From NCBI GenBank assembly GCA_002009975.1, contig MTLP01000011.1, forward strand, positions 1 through 20,986: a stretch of DNA of 20,986 bases, read 5' to 3'. Position numbers and translations under genes: made by a program. The first letter of the stretch is position 1. Each line of letters begins with the position of its first letter. Source of the stretch: Thermococcus sp. JdFR-02 (lineage in GTDB: Archaea; Methanobacteriota_B; Thermococci; Thermococcales; Thermococcaceae). The notes under the pieces were generated by a model. That model searched no databases, was not told the origin of the DNA, and was given only the letters and a program-made list of their open reading frames with translations. This document shows, piece after piece, positions 5,997 to 16,500 of this stretch.

Positions 5997-8900
5997 TTAT
6001 ACAGATAACGCTAGCTTTAATATTTTAATAACAGAGTATGGATCGTTTCGTATCTGTTTAGAGTCGAATCTTAACACTTTCCATCCCAAGAGCTGTAGAA
6101 GGTTAGTAATTTCTCGATCATTTCTTGCAATCTCCCCCGTATGATACTTAATCCCATCAACATAAATAGCAATTTTTCTATCTCTATAAGCAAAGTCTGC
6201 TCTAGTAAAGGGCTTACTTTCATGATTAAGTATAACAACCTGAGCCTCTGGATCTGGTATTCCATTATCTCTTAGTAAATTGAGAAATCTTGCCTCTAGA
6301 GGTGACTCCACACTTCTCATCGTTATGTCAGCTTTTTTCTTTTCTGCTGTTCTTTCTTCTCTAGATTCTTCCAGTTCTTCTACTTTCTCAACTTCCGAGT
6401 CAAGCAAGGACTCCAAAAACTCTTTTATCACGTACTTGTCCAGAAGCATGTGGTCACGCTGATTGTAATAGTTTCTGAGGCACCTATAGCAGGCGGAATC
6501 GCACTCATGATTGTAGAGGATTTCGTAAGCTTTATCTATTATTTCTCTGAATCTTCGGATCGCTGCTTCCAGATACCCCACACCTCCAGGGATGTCCTCA
6601 TAAAGCACTATCTCTCTACTCATCTGACCATTTTCGACTACGCTTCGAACAAAACCCTTAACTTCATTGTACTCAGTCTCCAGTACAATGGAAATTCCGG
6701 TTAGAAGGGTGTGCAGCAGGGTCTTTGAAAATACTTCCTGATCAGAACCCTCTGGGATATTTGGAGTGATAATCAGCGAATCAGCGCTCTTCCTGGCTAT
6801 TAGGTCCACGCTCACTATATCCTCATCTGTGCCATCGCATCCCTTGTGTAGGTACTCCCAGGTAGCGTCATCCTCTTTCCACAGCCCGCACTTAATACAA
6901 ATATTAAATCTGGATCCGTTTTCACCTGAGTTCGCAACTAGTATGGTGGAATTTCTCCGGTATTTCAGTTCAAGCTTGTCCGCCACTTTATACCTTTTTC
7001 CTTTAATACCTTCTGATACTAGATACTCATTTACCTCGAATCTCCTTGAAGACCTGAACTCTTCAGTGGAGCTTATCCTCTCTACCCTTCTTGCATAATA
7101 TGTTATTGGCTCTAGGAACCTTCTCTTCTCAACTTCTGAACCACACTTGGGGCAATAGTTCTGATACGGGTCAAAGCTCACATAGCTGCAATCAGGATTA
7201 GTGCATCTCACATATCTTGTGTCCTCGCTTGTGGCAAAATCGATTACAGACCTCTTTTCTTGTGTCCCCACCCTGACGGTGAGATGCTTTCTTCTATCCA
7301 CATAAACATAATTTCCTGGGGCAAACTCTCTGACAGCTATCTCGCTGTCCCTAAGAATAGGCTCAACCCTGTCATGGATATTTAGCTCGCTCTGTATTCC
7401 TGGGAAAGCATAACCTGGCAGGAAGCCGTGGTCTCTCAGGTATGAGAGAGTATATGCCAGATACTCGTCTGTTAGCATTTTTGACTGCTTATCAATGAAG
7501 AGTTGCAGATCTTTGCTCTCATTTAAACGCAACCCTTCAGTGTCTCTTTTTTTCAGTAAATACTGAATATTCCTCTCTAAAAAGTTCAGAGCTTCTATCA
7601 ATGGAGCGAGAGTTTCCTCCAGTTCATCGAAGAAGCTGTCTATGACTTTTTTGATGTAGTCAATGCTCAGCCATTCTATCTTACCTCTCTGCACATCCTC
7701 TTTGAAAACCTGGAAAATCTCTTCAGCTATTTTATCCCTCCTCTCCCTCAGCTCCTCCTCCACCTCAGGGATTCTCTTAACTTTCCAAACATCACCTGTT
7801 TTTTCGACCATACCCTCCAAGAAAGCGGGAAGCTTTGAATTAAGCTTTTCAAGTATAAGGGACCTTATATGCCTTCTGATCACCCGCTCATTGTCAAGGT
7901 TGAAAAATGGGGGAATAATACCCCCTGAGATCATTTCCTTAGGTCTATCAAAGAAGTAAGAATCGTGCGGGGCACCTTTGGAATATGAGATTATTAGCGA
8001 TTTACCCTCCCGTCTCCCTGCTCTACCCGCTCTCTGAGCATAGTTTGATGGCTGAGGTGGTATGTTCCTCATAATTGCTGTTACCAGCTCACCGATATCA
8101 ACGCCAAGCTCAAGAGTAGGTGTGCACACCAAAACATTCTTTTTGCCCTCAGTGAACTCCCTCTCGTACTCCTCCCTCTGAAGAAGAGGTATCTGCCCGC
8201 TATGCTCCGCCACTTTAATAGTTATTGGCTCGTGGTTGGTATAGTGGTGGACGTAGAAGTTGCTCTCATCGACACTTGCTCTTTCTAATGTACCACTACA
8301 CCTGTAGGTGGTGCATCTGCCGTTAATATTAACAGAGAGCACCCTTGTGCAGCTTGGGCACTGCCAGAACTCTTTAAGCGGGACAATCTCCATCACATCA
8401 GGATTAACCATAAATCCAGTTGCCACTCTTCTTCCAAGTTGCCTTTCTACTATGTAGCCTTCTTTGCTGAGCAGGTGCACAATGTCCCTGAAGAAGGAGT
8501 GATGGTCGTCTGTAATCTCGAGAAGTCTCTCGGCAATCATCTGGAAAGCGGTCTTTGGACCTCTTGAGTGGGTAATGAAGGCTCCTATTTTAAAGCTACC
8601 GGTCTCAACTGGAGAGAAAGAGAATGCAGAGGTCTTCCAGTGCGGCGGTAGGGCTATCCCCCACTTCTCGAGAGTTCTTTTATCTGGCCTTCGGATAAAG
8701 TAGTCGTATGCTACTGCACGCCTGAAGCGTAGCTCATCTAAGAACACTTTGAGGAATTTAAGAAGTGTATCTTTATCCAGAAGGTACCTGCTGGCAATTC
8801 TCTCGAATTCCGGTGATTCTGCGAGATCGTTTAGCCTTCCATACTCAATAGTCAGTAGCCCCAGCGCTTCGAGGGTAGCTCTTAGCTTTGGTGGTTTGGA

Positions 8901-10982
8901 GAACTCATCGTAGATAAGAAACTCTATTTTCTCTATCTCCTCCCGTTCCAGCATTCTTGTCTTTGGTCTTTCGAATATTCCGAGTTCTACCCCTCGATTC
9001 CACACCTCTTCAGCAGCCCTCCTAATAGACAAGGGAATGTCTCTGTCTTTTGCAACTTCATAAAGGAGCTGCCTGATTGTGAACTTGAGGTGCCTGTCCT
9101 CCATGTAGCCTGCCTGATGGGCTGTGTCCTGCCTGTTATCGGTAAAAATCAGAGTTTTCCTTTCCGGCTGCTCGAGATTAGAGAGCACTGCCGTGGTGAT
9201 TATTGAGACATCTGCAGCATGTCCGCTTTTCAGGGGGGTTACTACTTCTCTGTTCCCATATCTTCCAAAGCAAGCTGGACACTGCAGAATCTTACCCCTC
9301 ACATACAACACATCTTTAAACTCATGGTCGCAGTTAGTGCCTTTAGCATCTTTGCTTAGAGAAAGCAGTCCACACTTCGGGCAGAAGTATGCCCTCTCCA
9401 CCTGTGTCCTTCCTCTTCCGTTGTCGTCCGCATACACCTGTTCAATGTTGTAAGTCAGGTGGACAGTATTTGGAGCAGACTCAAAGCTTGTGTTTGGTAG
9501 CAGATGCCCGGGGAACTCATCTTCATGCATCGTTTTCATGAAGTCTTGACCGCAACTTCTGCAGACTTCCAGGGGGTATGTTACTGAGCCACAGGATGTG
9601 CAGACCGCTTTTCCATCGTTGAAGATCTCCCCGCACTCAGGGTTAGAACACCTCACAAGCCCCTGAATTCCCCTGACAAAGATGTGTACCCTGGGCTTGT
9701 ACCTTGATTTACCGTCTTTTTTGGCGAACATTCCGCACAGGAGGTAAGCCCTCACTTCCCTCTTGATATCTTTTAAAGAGGAGGTACTCCTTTCTTTTAC
9801 CTCATCTTTAATCCTTTGAGCTATCTCTTCAAGAGTCATGGCTTCCTGAAGGAGCCACTTTTCAATGAGATGCGCAAGGTAGTTGTCCTTGAGTATGAAA
9901 TAGGCTTCCTCCTCAGGTGGCACACCCCGCCTTGGTCTTCTATAGGTGAGCTTGTGGATCAGCTTTAGTATCTGGTCTGGCCTATCGGGGTCTGCTTCAA
10001 GGTCGCTCTCGGTCAGTCTTGGTGCAGGAGGCACGTATGGGCTTGCAGGTTCCTCTGGCTCAAAGTAGTCCTCCTCGACAATCGAATCTGAATCAAAAGG
10101 CTCGCCAAAGAGATCCTGAGCGAAATCAATGACTGCCTGCCTCTCACTCTCTGCTTGTGATTTAAGCGTGGCGCTTGTGCCTATGCATATCAGCCTGTCC
10201 TCACCAAACTTGCCGGTGTGCTCCTTCAGCCTCCTTATAAGGCAGGCAATTTCTGAGCCAAGGGCTCCTCTATAGGTGTGTATCTCGTCAAGCACAAGAA
10301 ACTTCAGTAGCTTCTCTTTGAAGATTTTCTGGTCTTCCTTTCTAACTAAGAGGTATTCAAGCATGGAGTAGTTAGTGAGCAGGATATCAGGAGGGTTGTT
10401 TCTAATCTCCTCTCGTGACCACCTTTCTTCAGGTAGGGCGTCGTGAGGTCTCTGGCTCATAGCTTCTTGGGTTCTGGAGGTGTATATAGCAAAGCTTATT
10501 CTAGTTCCTTTTAACAGCCTCTTAAGCCTCTCGTACTGATCGTTGGCGAGGGCGTTCATGGGGTAAATTATCACTGCCTTAGTGCCGAGCTTATCTTTGT
10601 TTTTCATGCAGTACTCAATGATTGGTATCAAGAAGGCTTCTGTCTTACCGCTTCCAGTGCCGGTAGCAACTATTGTATTCTTGCCAGAAAGCACCCTCCT
10701 TATCGCCTTCTCTTGGTGAGAGTAGAGCCTCTCTATGCCATAGCCCTTGAAAATCTCTCCAACTTCAGCGGAGAGCAAACCTTCTTTTACAGCGTCATCA
10801 ATAGGCTTGCCCATAACATAGTTTTTCTCTAGGGAGATGTAGGGACCCGCCCAAAGAAGGCGCTCCTCTTCAATTTTCTGGTCAAGCTTCCCTAAAAGGC
10901 TCGGGTTGGAAACTGGGAAGGTTGTGGTTATGTACATCTTGAATTCTCTTAGTGTATCATCGGCTACCTGAAAGGGCTTCAT
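5997..10982 (-). CDS. Large YprA/Hrq1-like DExH-box helicase with Zn-ribbon inserts, DUF1998 (MrfA-type Zn-binding) and a C-terminal Vsr/DUF559-like nuclease; DISARM-related effector
   Basis: Helicase motifs LYSHQEKAI, TGTGSGKT, YPMNALANDQ, LLTNYSMLEYLL, VLDEIH, TSAT, AEHSGQ, TPTLELGVDIG and QRAGRAGR, plus several CxxC pairs. DUF1998 segment LYEDIPGGVGY...CDSACYRCLRNYYNQ. C-terminal ESPLE...RADFAY...IAIYVDGIKYH...LGWKVLRF. Confidence 0.92.
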   Translation of the reverse strand: MKPFQVADDTLREFKMYITTTFPVSNPSLLGKLDQKIEEERLLWAGPYISLEKNYVMGKPIDDAVKEGLLSAEVGEIFKGYGIERLYSHQEKAIRRVLSGKNTIVATGTGSGKTEAFLIPIIEYCMKNKDKLGTKAVIIYPMNALANDQYERLKRLLKGTRISFAIYTSRTQEAMSQRPHDALPEERWSREEIRNNPPDILLTNYSMLEYLLVRKEDQKIFKEKLLKFLVLDEIHTYRGALGSEIACLIRRLKEHTGKFGEDRLICIGTSATLKSQAESERQAVIDFAQDLFGEPFDSDSIVEEDYFEPEEPASPYVPPAPRLTESDLEADPDRPDQILKLIHKLTYRRPRRGVPPEEEAYFILKDNYLAHLIEKWLLQEAMTLEEIAQRIKDEVKERSTSSLKDIKREVRAYLLCGMFAKKDGKSRYKPRVHIFVRGIQGLVRCSNPECGEIFNDGKAVCTSCGSVTYPLEVCRSCGQDFMKTMHEDEFPGHLLPNTSFESAPNTVHLTYNIEQVYADDNGRGRTQVERAYFCPKCGLLSLSKDAKGTNCDHEFKDVLYVRGKILQCPACFGRYGNREVVTPLKSGHAADVSIITTAVLSNLEQPERKTLIFTDNRQDTAHQAGYMEDRHLKFTIRQLLYEVAKDRDIPLSIRRAAEEVWNRGVELGIFERPKTRMLEREEIEKIEFLIYDEFSKPPKLRATLEALGLLTIEYGRLNDLAESPEFERIASRYLLDKDTLLKFLKVFLDELRFRRAVAYDYFIRRPDKRTLEKWGIALPPHWKTSAFSFSPVETGSFKIGAFITHSRGPKTAFQMIAERLLEITDDHHSFFRDIVHLLSKEGYIVERQLGRRVATGFMVNPDVMEIVPLKEFWQCPSCTRVLSVNINGRCTTYRCSGTLERASVDESNFYVHHYTNHEPITIKVAEHSGQIPLLQREEYEREFTEGKKNVLVCTPTLELGVDIGELVTAIMRNIPPQPSNYAQRAGRAGRREGKSLIISYSKGAPHDSYFFDRPKEMISGGIIPPFFNLDNERVIRRHIRSLILEKLNSKLPAFLEGMVEKTGDVWKVKRIPEVEEELRERRDKIAEEIFQVFKEDVQRGKIEWLSIDYIKKVIDSFFDELEETLAPLIEALNFLERNIQYLLKKRDTEGLRLNESKDLQLFIDKQSKMLTDEYLAYTLSYLRDHGFLPGYAFPGIQSELNIHDRVEPILRDSEIAVREFAPGNYVYVDRRKHLTVRVGTQEKRSVIDFATSEDTRYVRCTNPDCSYVSFDPYQNYCPKCGSEVEKRRFLEPITYYARRVERISSTEEFRSSRRFEVNEYLVSEGIKGKRYKVADKLELKYRRNSTILVANSGENGSRFNICIKCGLWKEDDATWEYLHKGCDGTDEDIVSVDLIARKSADSLIITPNIPEGSDQEVFSKTLLHTLLTGISIVLETEYNEVKGFVRSVVENGQMSREIVLYEDIPGGVGYLEAAIRRFREIIDKAYEILYNHECDSACYRCLRNYYNQRDHMLLDKYVIKEFLESLLDSEVEKVEELEESREERTAEKKKADITMRSVESPLEARFLNLLRDNGIPDPEAQVVILNHESKPFTRADFAYRDRKIAIYVDGIKYHTGEIARNDREITNLLQLLGWKVLRFDSKQIRNDPYSVIKILKLALSV

Positions 10983-11094
10983 AAGCTTCCCCTCTTTTTA
11001 TTGTGTTGACTTTAGTTTTTAAAAAAGTTACTGCTTGGTTAATAAAAAATGGATAAGTTATCCAAGTCAGTTGAAGCAAGTTGTTTCTGCTCTC

Positions 11095-12072
11095 TCATGA
11101 GTACAATTCAGCTTCTCGCTTCCATTCGATTACTATTTCATAAAATCTTCTTTTTAGTTCTCCAGAACGTTCTATTTTCAAAAAAGCTTTGGCATACGAT
11201 TTAAATACTTTTTTAAATTCATATTTTAATGTGATACTTAACTGTGAAATATCAGAGCCTATTGATAATTCAATCCACTTTAGCAAAAAAATAAAAATTT
11301 GGTAGTACTGTTCTATAAACTCAGACATTTCATATTCAGTACCATCGAGAACTACAATCTTTTTTGATCCAGAATCATAAAAAATATTTGAATGAGATAT
11401 TTTATTTCTCAAAAGTTTAGGTTTGCCACTTCCACTACCAAAAATTGAATCGTTTTCTTGTGGAATGCCAATTATGCCATGTAGTACTTTATTTATCGTT
11501 CCTGCTGTAGCATGGTCTTTTCCCTTTCTTTTTATTTTTAAAAAATATTTCACAGATCCATTATTATCATGTTTTTTATTTGATTTTAAATATCTATATA
11601 ACTTCCTATCGACAATGTGCAAAATCAATTCATAAGTATTTACAAAAATCCACAAAAGAGTTGACATAAGAATACTTTCTGGCAATATTTTCTTATTTTT
11701 TTCTATATCATTCAGGACTTCTGTTATAAAATAAAGTGGTCCAGCAATTTCTAAGAAATCTTCGGCAGGTACTCTCGATATCGACACTAAAAATTTTAGT
11801 ATTTTTTCGTCATCAGGTGAAATCGAATATTTTTGACTACTAATGTTATGTTCAATATTTTTCAACATTTCAATAAGATTTTCAATGTTTTTCATGTCTA
11901 AATATTCATCTACCTTTTCGGCACTTTTTTCCAGAAATTTACTAAATATTATAGGGTTACCTGTAGATAATGCTTTATTAAGCTCTACTATATATTGTTG
12001 TTGAAAAATTTTGGTGGGAAGCTTTATATAACCTTTCTTTAAGAGGTATTCTACTAATTTAGCCTCGCTCAT
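11095..12072 (-). CDS. AT-rich hypothetical protein with a HEPN-type RNxxxH motif (putative RNase effector)
   Basis: Helical 325 aa ORF. LLRNKISHSN (motif at 11392-11409) is preceded by an NTYELILH helix that could supply the conserved HEPN glutamate. Confidence 0.65.
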   Translation of the reverse strand: MSEAKLVEYLLKKGYIKLPTKIFQQQYIVELNKALSTGNPIIFSKFLEKSAEKVDEYLDMKNIENLIEMLKNIEHNISSQKYSISPDDEKILKFLVSISRVPAEDFLEIAGPLYFITEVLNDIEKNKKILPESILMSTLLWIFVNTYELILHIVDRKLYRYLKSNKKHDNNGSVKYFLKIKRKGKDHATAGTINKVLHGIIGIPQENDSIFGSGSGKPKLLRNKISHSNIFYDSGSKKIVVLDGTEYEMSEFIEQYYQIFIFLLKWIELSIGSDISQLSITLKYEFKKVFKSYAKAFLKIERSGELKRRFYEIVIEWKREAELYS

Positions 12073-12233
12073 AGTATATCAGCTCCTTAGCTTTCCCCAA
12101 GGTTGTATTAAATAGAAATTTTCTCAACTCTCTCAATTTTAATTATTTCATAAGGTACATTAATAAATTGCTGAAGGGTGGATTCTCAATTAGCAAAAAC
12201 TTTATAGCCATTTCCAACATGAAATTTATCAAT

Positions 12234-12551
12234 ATGCCTGGCTTTGAACATGGATTTAATAGGGCTATAAGCGAAATAGTAGGTGGAATGGTTACAATGA
12301 TCATTGTTATTAATATTGCCCAAAATATAAACCCATCATTGGTTATGATGTTTAAAATAGTTGGATTTCTTAGTTTAATCGGTTTAATAATGGCAATGCC
12401 ATATTGGGGAACTTTTTACATGTTAGGATGGATTTATGCCATTGTAATCTTGTATCAAGCAGGTCTTGTTAATCTTTTAGAACTCTTCATATACGTCGGA
12501 TTTCCATCGTTTGTTTTGTTTAAAAGGATAACACGTAGTTTTGATTTTTAA
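12234..12551 (+). CDS. Small membrane protein (~105 aa, 3-4 TM helices)
   Basis: Almost wholly hydrophobic ORF. ATG 12234 is preferred because AAAAACTTTATA lies ~28 nt upstream; alternative starts are 12219 and 12168. Confidence 0.75.
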   Translation: MPGFEHGFNRAISEIVGGMVTMIIVINIAQNINPSLVMMFKIVGFLSLIGLIMAMPYWGTFYMLGWIYAIVILYQAGLVNLLELFIYVGFPSFVLFKRITRSFDF

Positions 12552-12565
12552 ATATAGTTTTTGAC

Positions 12566-12580
12566 AGAAAAATAAAAAAA
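12566..12580 (-). terminator. Putative oligo-T terminator after the 12582 stop
   Basis: The minus strand reads TTTTTTTATTTTT just after the stop, between convergent genes. Confidence 0.45.
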
Positions 12581-12581
12581 G

Positions 12582-13478
12582 TTAAATATTTTCTAAAAAT
12601 CTCCTAATAGCATAATAAACTATAGCATGGGTTGTCATAAGTGCGAGATTTGCATCTCCTCTATCAATACTTTTCCCAGTATGTGCCCCAGGTGCTATAA
12701 ATCGCCATGTACCCTTAAAAATTTTCTCAAAGTGTTTTCCTATATCTTTATCACCAAAAAATTTCTTCCAATCTGGCACAGGACGTTCATTTCCTTTTTC
12801 ATCTTTTTCTATCTTTTCAAATCCTTTATTTACAATTGCTTTTTTTACTTCTTCTAAAGCTCTTCTGCACTCAACAAGGGTATTTTTGTACTCACCTATT
12901 GAGAACTGTTTCCACGCATTGTTGAGGTGAGATACAGCATCCTTCAGCTCTTCTGGAGACTCAAGCTCCGGAACTTCCAATAGCCAGACCTTCTTATACT
13001 TTAGTTCTCTGAGGATTCTCTCCGTCCAGTCGCTTTTTGGGACTCTGCAGTTTAATTTGGGATTGGGAGGCATCCCAGCTAGAGATAAACTGTCTTGATA
13101 CTTATGCATCACAACCCCCTGCAGTTCTAGCTGGAAGTTTACGTCATCCCCATTCCTCAGCTTTTCAATCTGTTCTAATTCATAGTGATTCAGATCAAGA
13201 TTCAGCTGAATATGTACTTCACCAGTTGAGGGAATTTGAATAAATTGCCTATCAGAATACGCCCTACCTGCATAACCAGATGTTCTATTACCTATTACAT
13301 TGACTTTGGCATGGACACCCAAAAAGTACAATTCGCCAGAGGGGATATGTATGGGATTAAGGCTGATATCAAAAGATATCTGTGGAGAGAATGACATTGA
13401 ATTTGCATCAACACCTTCTACTCTCACTCCCCACCTAAAGGTCTGCTGTCCTATGTAAACCTCCATAGTTTCAGCCAT
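12582..13478 (-). CDS. Hypothetical protein with a beta-rich N-terminal domain and a C-terminal HEPN/Abi-like helical domain
   Basis: C-terminal AVSHLNNAW...EYKNTLVECRRALEEV...WRFIAPGAHTG...DRGDANLAL fits a HEPN/DUF4145-like pattern (Rx6H at 12681-12704). Start ATG 13478 has a GGGGTG RBS. Confidence 0.6.
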   Translation of the reverse strand: MAETMEVYIGQQTFRWGVRVEGVDANSMSFSPQISFDISLNPIHIPSGELYFLGVHAKVNVIGNRTSGYAGRAYSDRQFIQIPSTGEVHIQLNLDLNHYELEQIEKLRNGDDVNFQLELQGVVMHKYQDSLSLAGMPPNPKLNCRVPKSDWTERILRELKYKKVWLLEVPELESPEELKDAVSHLNNAWKQFSIGEYKNTLVECRRALEEVKKAIVNKGFEKIEKDEKGNERPVPDWKKFFGDKDIGKHFEKIFKGTWRFIAPGAHTGKSIDRGDANLALMTTHAIVYYAIRRFLENI

Positions 13479-13557
13479 TTGCAACACCCCTATCTATGCT
13501 GATATTCGCTACCAGGCATATTTAACAATTGTTGAGTGACTTGATACAAATACACTA

Positions 13558-16500
13558 CTAAAACTCCCCCAACCTCTTAGTCCTTATAATCTTCCCATCC
13601 CTAGTAAACTGCACCTGCTCCACAAACTTCTTTAGAGGTCTTAGGGGTTTTTCTGTTCCCTTCTTATACTTGCTCAAGTCAAAGCTCTCAGGCGATTTCT
13701 TCTTTTCCTCGGCGATTATTTTTCCAAGCCTCTCGTACTCCTCCAAGCAAAGCCTCTTCGTCCTGAACTCGCCAAAAGCTTCTGTTTCTTTACGCCTGAG
13801 CACTGGGAAGGTGTCCAGGATGTAGGCGAACTCCACTCTTGTCAGCCCGTAGAGGTGTGCCACTAAAGCATCTATCTCAGCCCTGAGCTGTGCTCTTTTT
13901 GCTCCGTCTCTCTTCTCGTTGTTTATGTAAACCCAGTCCGCCACGCCATACTCAGGGGACCACTTCTCGCTCAACCTCTCCCAACCTTCAACTCTACTCG
14001 TTTTTCCGAGGGTGTTCCAGTAGGGCTGGTAGGTCTCCTCCCATAGCTCAGCAAATTCTTCATCCACACATATCAGGCGTGCTGCTCTCGGCACAATCTG
14101 GTCAAAGTACCAGTTGCCAGAGGTGAGGCGGGGGATTGGAAGCTGGTAGAGGTAGAACATGGTCAAATTTGTAGTAACTTTCTGTCTAATTACATAATCT
14201 ACAATGTATGAATTAAAAATACTATTAAAGAAAAAGTGTTCAAATAAATCTTGAGCATTTATAGTAATGCTATTTAGAGAATGTCCACAGCCCGGTGATT
14301 TAAACGAAAATACAGGAAGAACACAAGAAACAAGGGTTCTTTCGTTTGTGTTGGATGCTATTGCTCTATATATTGATCGTGGAAATACAGGTACTCCTTT
14401 GTCAGCTAATCTGTTCAAAATAACTTCCTCACTAATCCAATACTGCGGCTTCTCATAAAACGCATCAAACTGCCAAATCATCTTGCCTTCATAAAGTGGC
14501 AGATAAACCTCCTTCTTTCCATTTCTCTCCACCAGCCACCTCAGCCCTTTCTCGTCTAAGGGCTTGGTTCCCATCTCCTTGAGCTTATCCAGAGTTACAA
14601 AGAGGTGAGAGTCGTTGGTCATGTGAAACTCTGTTGTGAACTTCACATTCCAGGGATAGTTCTCGTCACTCTCACCAAGCAGAGGCCAGTCATCATAAAT
14701 CTTCTCCGCGAGGTCTATGTCCTCCTGCCTCTTGAACTCCATAATTGAGAGAGTGTCAGGCGAGAATCTCTCAATGAGTTTCCTGGATATCCTCAGACCA
14801 TTCTCAGCAACCATAGGCAAAAGCCTGTCAAGCTCCTCAGCCTTCGGTGCAAAGCTACCCTGGAGCACCTCCCAGGGGTCAAGCTCCTCATCTCTAAGCT
14901 CTTCTGGTCTCGATCCGATGAAGAACCCTGCCCTGAAGCTGTAGTCTTCTTCCTGTTTCTCCTTCAGAGCCGAGAATAGAGTATATTTAAACCTGATATC
15001 TATTGAGGGGAATATCTTCATTCTGTTCTCTATTCCAATCAAATAAGATATTCTGGAGTTCTCAAGGAACATCCTCCTTAGCTCTGCGCACCCCTTATCT
15101 GTGTAAAGCCCTGAGGGAACAATAATTGACATCCTTCCCCGTTCTCTGATAAGCCAGAAGAACCTCTCAAGAAAGAGCTTGTACAGGTTTATATCTCCCT
15201 GGTATTGGTGAGGGTAATAACCAGAGTTTCTGAAATAATAGGATTGTCTCTCAATTTTGTCCTTATATTCCCTCCAGCTTTTCTTTATTGCAGGATTTGC
15301 CTCCATCAACTCTCTCATTACTCTTAACTTTTTCTGCTTGGTGTAGTCTCTAAAGTAAGGGTCGTAGTTGCTGAAGAACTCATCGCTGTTGGGCTTTACA
15401 ATGTCCCAGGGCGGATTACCAACGACAGCATCAAACCCTCCCTCGGCGAAGACCTCTGGGAACTCCAGCTCCCAGTGGAAGAACTTGTACTCCTGAGCGA
15501 GCCTCTCCGCCTCCTCAATCATGGCATCAAAGCTCTCATTGCCCTTTCCATCTTCCAGAATGTACCTGAGAATCTCAATGTACTCGTCGGTGGTGGGGAT
15601 CTTCTTGTCCGTAAACCAGAAGGAGCACCACAGGTCGTAAGCCCTTTTCAGCTTCAGGTAAAGCTTGCCTTCTTCAATCTCGCCCTTAACGAGCTGGGAG
15701 TAAAGCTCCTCCTTGAACTTGACAATGGACAGCGCCTCATCAGCCATATTGAGCTTCTGTCTCAGCTCAATTACATCCCTCATGTAGCTCAGCGGGTTTT
15801 CAAGCATTTTCCCTTCTGCTGTAAAGAAATACTTAACCTCCCTGCTTGCCTCCCTCACCCTCTTGTTGTGCCTTCTAAGCTCCCTGTCGCTGAAGAGCTC
15901 ATCAGGGACGAACTTCACCCTCTCGTGGTCAGCACCTATCAGGCTGTTGCCGCATTTAAGTTTGTGATCGAGAAAAGTCAGAGGCTTGCCCTTCGCCATT
16001 GTTGTGAGCCACAGCGAAACCTTGGCAAGCTCCACTGCAAGGGGGTTCAAATCAACGCCGTATATGCAGTTCTCCACCACAAGCCTCTTGAATTCCGCCT
16101 CCTTTTCGCTGTCTATATCCTCCTCGGCAATCAGGCCCTCTCTGAGCAGAGCCTCTTTGTACTTCTCAGCAAGAAAGTTGACAGCAGCCACTAGGAAGGC
16201 ACCGCTTCCCATGGCAGGGTCAAGGACCTTAATCTCCAGTATATCCTCTGAGCTCTTGCCATCGACCAAAGGCTCAAGAGCAGACCTCATCAGGAACTCA
16301 GTTATCTGCCTGGGAGTATAGTAGGTGCCTGTGCTCTTCCTCCTGCCGCCCCAGTAGCCCAGGTAGAACCTCCCTTCGGGGATCTCTTCAATTATTCTCT
16401 CCCCTCTCAGCCTGCTCTTGGGTACAGTCTGAAACTCCCCCTTTATCTTCACAACTACCAAGTCTTCCTCCGCAATCTTCGGCTCAAGCTCCAGCAGTCC

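Noticed and set aside
5997-10982. Intein in the large helicase, or naming it drmA or druE
   Set aside because: No intein splice or LAGLIDADG motifs were seen, and the length is explained by Zn-ribbon inserts and fused domains. The architecture and partners differ from canonical DrmA and Druantia.
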